Of a DNA stretch of 64,000 nucleotides, positions 58,070-64,000 are shown one piece after another (the first letter of the stretch is position 1; each line of letters begins with the position of its first letter). This stretch comes from an uncultured Muribaculaceae bacterium (GTDB lineage: Bacteria > Bacillota_I > Bacilli_A > RF39 > UBA660). Below the pieces are notes generated by a model that made no database searches, had not been told where the DNA came from, and was given only the letters and a program-made list of their open reading frames with translations. The stretch is from the NCBI GenBank assembly GCA_964369625.1, contig CAYJFC010000002.1, forward strand, positions 5,502 to 69,501, read 5' to 3'. The position numbers were made by a program, and so were the translations under genes.

Positions 58070-59314
58070 CTAACTATCAAAAAAATATCCAAACAATTTA
58101 CCTAATAATGAATTGTCTGATAAATTTATTTTTCTATGTAATCCACTTAATTCTTCTTGCTGATCAATATCAAATATTGAAAAGTCAGCATTACGTAACT
58201 TTAATCTACTATAATAATATTTTATTAAACCAGCTGCTACTGAATATTTATTATGTCTAATACCAATTTCATTAACATGAGCTATTTTAGCTTTTCTGTT
58301 AAACACTTCATCTAATAAAATATTAAAATCTTTAAGTTCTGTTGTGCCCCCTGTAACCATTATATAACTAATTTCCCTTTTTGTTAAGAGATTTATTTGT
58401 TTTTTTATTAAATTCAGCATTTCCACAAGTCTTGCATTAACAATTTCACTTGCATCATATTGATTTATTTTCACTAAATCATCTTGTTTATTAGTAAAAG
58501 TTACAGATTCATTAGCCTGTGCCATTGATTTATGGGCAAGAGCTAAATTTTCTTTTATATAAATAGCATCTTTTCTTGATATCTTATACATATAAGCAAA
58601 ATCTGCTTCAATATTATTGCTGCCAACATCAAGAACTTCTGTATTTGTTAAAATTCCTTTGTTAAATATTGATACTTCTGTTTTAGATGCACCTATATTA
58701 ACTATTGCTCCAACTTCATTATTATTAATTTCTTTTCTAAATTCATAATAATCTGCCAGTGGCCCCACTACTGTATCAACTACCTGCACATCTACTTTTT
58801 CAAGACATTTAAGTAGTGATATTATATTATTTTTTGGAGCTATAACACTAACAGCTTTAACTGTTAATTTTTCACCAATTGCTCCTATGGGTGATGCTAC
58901 TTTATCTACATCATTTATTATAAAACTAGTTGGCAAGACACTTATAAGTTCATGATTATCTGGAACTCTGTTATACACTGCTGCTTCTATTGACCTAGTA
59001 ATAGCTTTATGATTAATTACTTTATCCACACCATTAATAGATGTACTACCTTCAGAATAAAAACATTTTGTATTATAACTTGGAATGCTTACCACCACTT
59101 TATTTACTGGCATCCCCATGATATCAGAAGCCTTACTAAAAACTTCTTTAAAGGAAACTATAGCACTTTCAGGATTAACTATATAACCATTTTTAATTCC
59201 CCTAGCTGGCACGTCTATGCAAGTTAAAATATTTAGCTTTTTTTTAAATATTTCACCAATAATTAATTTTATATAATTAGAGCCGACATCTAAACTAGCA
59301 ATGATTTTTCGCAT
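58070..59314 (-). CDS. ftsA: Cell division protein FtsA.
   Basis: Actin-fold ATPase. LDVGSNYIK, NIGASKTEVSIF, VTGGTTELK. Confidence 0.85.
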   Translation of the reverse strand: MRKIIASLDVGSNYIKLIIGEIFKKKLNILTCIDVPARGIKNGYIVNPESAIVSFKEVFSKASDIMGMPVNKVVVSIPSYNTKCFYSEGSTSINGVDKVINHKAITRSIEAAVYNRVPDNHELISVLPTSFIINDVDKVASPIGAIGEKLTVKAVSVIAPKNNIISLLKCLEKVDVQVVDTVVGPLADYYEFRKEINNNEVGAIVNIGASKTEVSIFNKGILTNTEVLDVGSNNIEADFAYMYKISRKDAIYIKENLALAHKSMAQANESVTFTNKQDDLVKINQYDASEIVNARLVEMLNLIKKQINLLTKREISYIMVTGGTTELKDFNILLDEVFNRKAKIAHVNEIGIRHNKYSVAAGLIKYYYSRLKLRNADFSIFDIDQQEELSGLHRKINLSDNSLLGKLFGYFFDS

Positions 59315-59403
59315 AAACCCACTCCTATTTTCCTTACTTTTAATTATACATTATAAAGGTGGATTTTGGCAAGTAAATTAGATATCTATCAATAAAAAAA
59401 TCA

Positions 59404-60279
59404 CTATTCATTAGTGATTTTAAGCATAATATATAATTTTCCTAAACCTGCAAAAAATTCATATATTGCTATTATTTTATTTTCATAAACCATAAAATAT
59501 TTATTATCAGGTAAATCAAAAGTTATTTTAGCTCCATTTTTAACTTTAAAATATTCTTCATCCGTCAAATTGATTTTTTCAAAATCCAAACAATCTTCTA
59601 AATCAAGCATTTTATAATTATTAGTTTTCACATCTTCTAAGGTATAGCTATTTTCTATATTAAAGTTACCTTGCTTTGTTCTAGTAAGTTCCTGCATTGT
59701 ACCGATTACACCTAATTTTTTACATATATCACTTACTAAACTTCTAATATATGTTCCTTTACTTACACTTACTTCAAATGTAAAAGCATCTTCTGTAAAT
59801 TCTAATAGTTTGATATAATTTATTTCTATTTCTCTTACTGGAAGTACTACTTTCTCATTATTTCTAGCATATTCATATAATTTTTTACCATCTATTTTTA
59901 CAGCTGAATAAAGAGGTACCTCTTGATTACTTTTACCTAAAAAACTTTTAAGAACTTCTTCTACCTTATCTTTTGTAGTAAATACATTATTTTCTTCTAA
60001 AATATTGCCAGTAATATCAAGTGTATCAGTTTGCACTCCTAATTTCACTTTTGCTATATATGTTTTATCATATCCAGTAATAAGGTCTACTAGTTTAGTA
60101 TATCTTCCAAGGCACATAACAAGCACTCCAGTTGCTAGTGGATCAAGAGTACCTGTATGACCTATTTTTTTAGTAGCAAAAATGTGGTTAAGTTTATTAA
60201 CCACATCTCTACTAGTCATATCTTTTTCCTTATTTATAACTAAAAAACCATTCATATTAACCTTCATGTATTTTTTCAA
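59404..60279 (-). CDS. truB: tRNA pseudouridine-55 synthase.
   Basis: HTGTLDPLATGVL catalytic Asp motif. Confidence 0.9.
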   Translation of the reverse strand: MKKYMKVNMNGFLVINKEKDMTSRDVVNKLNHIFATKKIGHTGTLDPLATGVLVMCLGRYTKLVDLITGYDKTYIAKVKLGVQTDTLDITGNILEENNVFTTKDKVEEVLKSFLGKSNQEVPLYSAVKIDGKKLYEYARNNEKVVLPVREIEINYIKLLEFTEDAFTFEVSVSKGTYIRSLVSDICKKLGVIGTMQELTRTKQGNFNIENSYTLEDVKTNNYKMLDLEDCLDFEKINLTDEEYFKVKNGAKITFDLPDNKYFMVYENKIIAIYEFFAGLGKLYIMLKITNE

Positions 60280-60598
60280 TTATTTTTTCAATATTATTAC
60301 CATATTCAATGGATTTATCATATACAAATCTTAAATTAGGAGTATGTCTTATATCAAGTTCATGAGATAATTTACCACGTATGAAATGTGATGCTTCATT
60401 AACTTCTTTTTCTAAATCCTTTACTTCCATATCCATAAAAGATGTAAAATAAATTGTTGCATAACTTAAATCATTTGTAACAGTGCACCCAGTAATAGTA
60501 ATCTCTTTTAATATTTCATCTCTTGCCTCTGTTAGTATAATACTACTAACAAGTCTTGTAATATCTGATGCTATTCTAGCTATTTTATGATTAGCCAT
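60257..60598 (-). CDS. rbfA: Ribosome-binding factor A.
   Basis: 113 aa. RIASDITRLVS...ITGCTVTNDLSYATIYF. Position between infB and truB. Confidence 0.85.
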   Translation of the reverse strand: MANHKIARIASDITRLVSSIILTEARDEILKEITITGCTVTNDLSYATIYFTSFMDMEVKDLEKEVNEASHFIRGKLSHELDIRHTPNLRFVYDKSIEYGNNIEKIIEKIHEG

Positions 60599-62703
60599 TA
60601 TCTTTTTACCTCAACCATTTCAAAGCATGAAATAATATCACGTTCTTTAATATCATCAAAATTTTCAAGTGTTATACCACATTCAAAGCCTTTTTTAACT
60701 TCTTTTGCATTATCTTTTTCTCTTTGAACTGTTGCAACTTTAGTTTCTGCAACTACTTTACCATCACGTACTACTCGGCAGCTAGCGCCATTTTTAATTA
60801 CACCATCAGTAACATAACTACCTGCTATGTTTCCAACTTTAGAGAATTTAAATATTTTTCTAACTTCGGCTTCACCTAATGGTTTTTCTTCAAATTCAGG
60901 ATCTAACATACCACTCATTGCTTTTTCCATATCTTCTATTAATTTATAAATAATTGTATAAAGTTTAATTTCAACACCATAATCTTTAGCTGTTTCTTTA
61001 ACTCCTACATTTTCTACAACATTAAATCCTATAACTAGTGCATTACCAGCAGATGCAAGTACTACATCACTTTCAGTAATTGCTCCTATTCCACTACGAA
61101 TAACTTTAACAGCTACACCAGCAACATCAATTTTTTCAAGTGAACTTTTTACAGCTTCTTCGCTACCACGAACATCAGCTTTAAGTACAACATTTACTTC
61201 TTTAGCATCATCACCTAATCCAGAGAATAAATCATCTAAAGTAATAGGTTTTTTAATATTTTGTTCTAGTTTTAATTGTTCTTTTCTTTTTGATGCAACT
61301 TTTTTAGCTTCAACTTCAGTTTCAAAAGCCATAAATTTATCACCAGCAGATGGATTTTCAGTAAGACCTGTTACTTCAACTGGAGTTCCAGGACCTGCTT
61401 CAAGTATAGATTCTCCTAAATCATTTTTCATAGATCTAATTTTAGCATAAGATGAACCTACTACTAAAGGGTCTCCTATTCTAAGTGTTCCATTTTGAAT
61501 TAAGAAAGCTCCTACTCCACCAACATTTTTATCTTTTCTAGATTCAACTACAGCTCCGATAGCATATCTATTAGGATTTGCTTTGTATTCATTAACTTCT
61601 GAAATAGTTGTTATAGTTTCAAGTAAGTAAGGTATTCCTTCTCCAGTAAGTGCTGATATATTTATAAATGGATATTCTCCACCCCAAGATTCTGGAGTTA
61701 TATTAAGCTCAGCAAGCTCAGTCATAACACGCTCTGGGTTTGCACTTGGTTTATCTATTTTATTAACCGCTACTATTATTGGTACACCTGCATTTTTAGC
61801 ATGTTCTACAGCTTCTTTAGTTTGAGGCATTACACCATCATCTGCTGCAACTATAATAATAACTATATCTGTTACACTAGCTCCTCTAGCACGCATTGCA
61901 GTAAATGCAGCATGTCCTGGAGTATCTATAAATGTTATTTTAGTTCCTTCATGATCTATTTGATAAGCACCAATTGCCTGCGTTATACCACCAGCTTCAC
62001 CTGTTGTAATACTAGATTTTCTAATATAATCAAGTAAACTTGTTTTACCATGATCAACATGACCCATAATTGTTACAATTGGAGGTCTTTTAACTAAATC
62101 TTCTTCTTTATCAAATATTTCATATTCTTCAAAGTTTGCAACATTTTGACTTTCTTCATTTTTAAGTTTTTTACCATATTCTGAAGCAAGCATATCTGCT
62201 ACTTCATATTCAAGTGCATCATTTATACCTATCATTAATCCTAGAGTTATTAATTTTTTAATAATTTCTGCTGGATTAACTTGAATATTTTCAGCAAATT
62301 CATATAAAGTCATACCTTCTTTATAAACTACCACATTTTCATCTACTGAATTTGCTTGTAATTTACTTTTATTTTTATACATTTCTTTTTTTAGATTTTT
62401 AAATTCTTCTTTCGAAGCTTCTTTTTTCTTTAACTTTTGTTTATTTGATGTATTTTTACTAATAGTACTACTTATATTATTTTGAGTAATAATTTCATCT
62501 ACTTTTTCTTCAATTTCCTCATCTTCATCAAATGTAATTTCATTTTCTGTAGATATTAAATTAGTTGCACTATCAAGCATTATTATATCATCTTCACTTA
62601 AAACATCTCCTCCATTTGTTACTTTAATATCAAGTAAACTACATTGTTTTAATATTTCTGCTACTGATAAATTTACATCCTCTGCATAATTTTTTACTGT
62701 CAT
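60598..62703 (-). CDS. infB: Translation initiation factor IF-2.
   Basis: G-domain [22 protein letters not shown]-terminal beta-barrels. Confidence 0.95.
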   Translation of the reverse strand: MTVKNYAEDVNLSVAEILKQCSLLDIKVTNGGDVLSEDDIIMLDSATNLISTENEITFDEDEEIEEKVDEIITQNNISSTISKNTSNKQKLKKKEASKEEFKNLKKEMYKNKSKLQANSVDENVVVYKEGMTLYEFAENIQVNPAEIIKKLITLGLMIGINDALEYEVADMLASEYGKKLKNEESQNVANFEEYEIFDKEEDLVKRPPIVTIMGHVDHGKTSLLDYIRKSSITTGEAGGITQAIGAYQIDHEGTKITFIDTPGHAAFTAMRARGASVTDIVIIIVAADDGVMPQTKEAVEHAKNAGVPIIVAVNKIDKPSANPERVMTELAELNITPESWGGEYPFINISALTGEGIPYLLETITTISEVNEYKANPNRYAIGAVVESRKDKNVGGVGAFLIQNGTLRIGDPLVVGSSYAKIRSMKNDLGESILEAGPGTPVEVTGLTENPSAGDKFMAFETEVEAKKVASKRKEQLKLEQNIKKPITLDDLFSGLGDDAKEVNVVLKADVRGSEEAVKSSLEKIDVAGVAVKVIRSGIGAITESDVVLASAGNALVIGFNVVENVGVKETAKDYGVEIKLYTIIYKLIEDMEKAMSGMLDPEFEEKPLGEAEVRKIFKFSKVGNIAGSYVTDGVIKNGASCRVVRDGKVVAETKVATVQREKDNAKEVKKGFECGITLENFDDIKERDIISCFEMVEVKR

Positions 62704-62723
62704 AAGTTGTTTCCACCTTTCTT

Positions 62724-62990
62724 CTATTTGTTTTCTCCAAGCTTTATAAGTTCATCATATATTTCATCACTTAAAGTTACTTCAAATACTCTATCAAAAA
62801 CTTTTTTAGCTTTAGCTTTCTTAAAAGTTTCTAAATCATTTTTAATGTATACACCTCTACCGTTAACTTTACCTGTTAAATCTACTGTATAAGTATTGTC
62901 AGTTGTTCTAACAACTCTTATAAGATCTTTTTTAGGTAATCTTTCACGCGATACTGCACACATTCTCATAGGAATTTTTCTTTCTTTCAT
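62724..62990 (-). CDS. ylxR: YlxR/DUF448 protein of the nusA-infB operon.
   Basis: PMRMCAVSRERLPKKDLIRVV motif. Position between nusA and infB. Confidence 0.75.
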   Translation of the reverse strand: MKERKIPMRMCAVSRERLPKKDLIRVVRTTDNTYTVDLTGKVNGRGVYIKNDLETFKKAKAKKVFDRVFEVTLSDEIYDELIKLGENK

Positions 62991-62998
62991 AGCTTCTC

Positions 62999-64000
62999 CT
63001 ATTTATTTCCAGCTTCTTGTATCTCTTCCATTGTTTTAATTTCAAGTCTATGTCTTGTAAGTTTACTAGCAAGTTTAATATTACTTCCTTTTTTACCAAT
63101 AGCTAAACTTAAATTATCTTTATTTACTATTATTAAAGCTTCTCTTTTTTCTGGATCAGTTATATTTACTATTACATCTTTAGCAGGACTCATAGCATTT
63201 TTAATATATTCTTCAGCATTTTCACTATAAAGTACTAAATCAATTCTTTCACCAGCAAGTTCTTTTAAGATATTTGCTATTCTAGTTCCTCTTTCACCAA
63301 TACATGCTCCAATTGGATCTATTTTATCATTTACAGAGTATACCGCTACTTTACTTCTAACACCTGGTTCTCTAACACATGATGCAAGTATTACATCTCC
63401 ATTAACCATTTCAGGTATAACTTGTTCAAATAATCTTTTAACAAAACCATAATGTTTTCTAGATAAAAGTATTAATGGACCTTTATTATTTTGATCTATT
63501 TTAGTTATATATACTCTAATATTAGAACCCATTTCAATAGTTTCACCTGGTATAATTTCTTCTTTAGGAAGTATTCCTCTACTTTTACCTAAATCAACAT
63601 AAAAATTTCTTTGATCTTCTAAAGCTACCATACCTATCATCATTTCATTTTGTTTATCTTCAAATTCACTAATGATAATATTTTTTTCAGCTTCCCTTAT
63701 TTTTTGAACTACTACTTGTTTAGCTGTTCCAGCTGCTACTCTACCAAAATCTTTAGGAGTTACTTCAACTTCTATTTCATCACCTAATTTAGCATCTGGT
63801 TTAATTTTGATAGCATCTTCTAAAAGCATTTGTGCATCACGATTTATTTCAGGTGGAATAATCATGAAGTTTCCTTCTTCGTCTTCTCCATCTTCACCAT
63901 CATCATAATCATCTACTACTATGTTATATGTAAATACTTTGATAGTTCCGTTATCTCTATTTATATATACTCTTACATTTGTTCTTGAATCAAAATTCTT
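62999..64000 (-). CDS. nusA: Transcription termination/antitermination factor NusA. 5' end lies beyond the window.
   Basis: The frame stays open to the window edge upstream of the track Met (..DEEGNFMIIPPE..). S1 and KH domains. Confidence 0.85.
   Translation of the reverse strand, partial: KNFDSRTNVRVYINRDNGTIKVFTYNIVVDDYDDGEDGEDEEGNFMIIPPEINRDAQMLLEDAIKIKPDAKLGDEIEVEVTPKDFGRVAAGTAKQVVVQKIREAEKNIIISEFEDKQNEMMIGMVALEDQRNFYVDLGKSRGILPKEEIIPGETIEMGSNIRVYITKIDQNNKGPLILLSRKHYGFVKRLFEQVIPEMVNGDVILASCVREPGVRSKVAVYSVNDKIDPIGACIGERGTRIANILKELAGERIDLVLYSENAEEYIKNAMSPAKDVIVNITDPEKREALIIVNKDNLSLAIGKKGSNIKLASKLTRHRLEIKTMEEIQEAGNK

Noticed and set aside
1-64000. CRISPR arrays, tRNA/rRNA genes, IS elements, transposases, integrases
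   Set aside because: No regularly spaced repeats and no cloverleaf-compatible segments in the few intergenic gaps (all under 320 bp). No DDE or tyrosine/serine recombinase motifs in any ORF.

Overview
This is a very AT-rich (about 25-28% GC) chromosomal segment from an anaerobic, endospore-forming Firmicutes bacterium. About 90% of it is coding, and almost all genes are on the minus strand. No tRNA, rRNA, CRISPR array, transposase or integrase was seen.

Core content recognised by motif reading:
- truncated nusA, ylxR, infB, rbfA, truB
- ftsA, ftsZ, spoIIGA, pro-sigE, two inserted envelope genes, sigG, ylmC
- lspA, rluD, a rhomboid protease, a CaCA exchanger, lexA
- a UgtP-like glycosyltransferase and a Y-family polymerase plus YolD
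- topo IV parE-parC, a yneF and sirA-like pair, a cyclophilin lipoprotein
- the [FeFe]-hydrogenase hydCBA operon, an ABC-F ATPase, a Gre-like factor with HelD, efp, rpmG, a class B PBP, nfo, a SEDS FtsW/SpoVE protein, a secreted nuclease, and three to four Nudix hydrolases

Accessory or unusual content:
- An adenylosuccinate-synthetase (PurA)-family gene that lacks the catalytic Asp and the aspartate-binding Arg cluster. It sits as a 1.4 kb cassette bounded by a roughly 125 bp direct duplication of the ftsW 3' end. All differences between the two copies inside the 29 shared codons are synonymous.
- Downstream of the cassette, a co-directional operon: small-molecule kinase, two unknowns, histidine phosphatase, atypical Maf, group-3 sigma factor, Nudix.
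- A single-module C-A-T-R NRPS translationally coupled to an Sfp-type PPTase, next to a hybrid sensor kinase.
- A long RSH (Rel) protein without the C-terminal regulatory half.
- Two envelope-protein genes inserted between sigE and sigG.
- A region of uncharacterised membrane, HExxH and orphan pseudopilin genes.
- Candidate SOS boxes of the AAAC-N4-GTT type at lexA and dinB.
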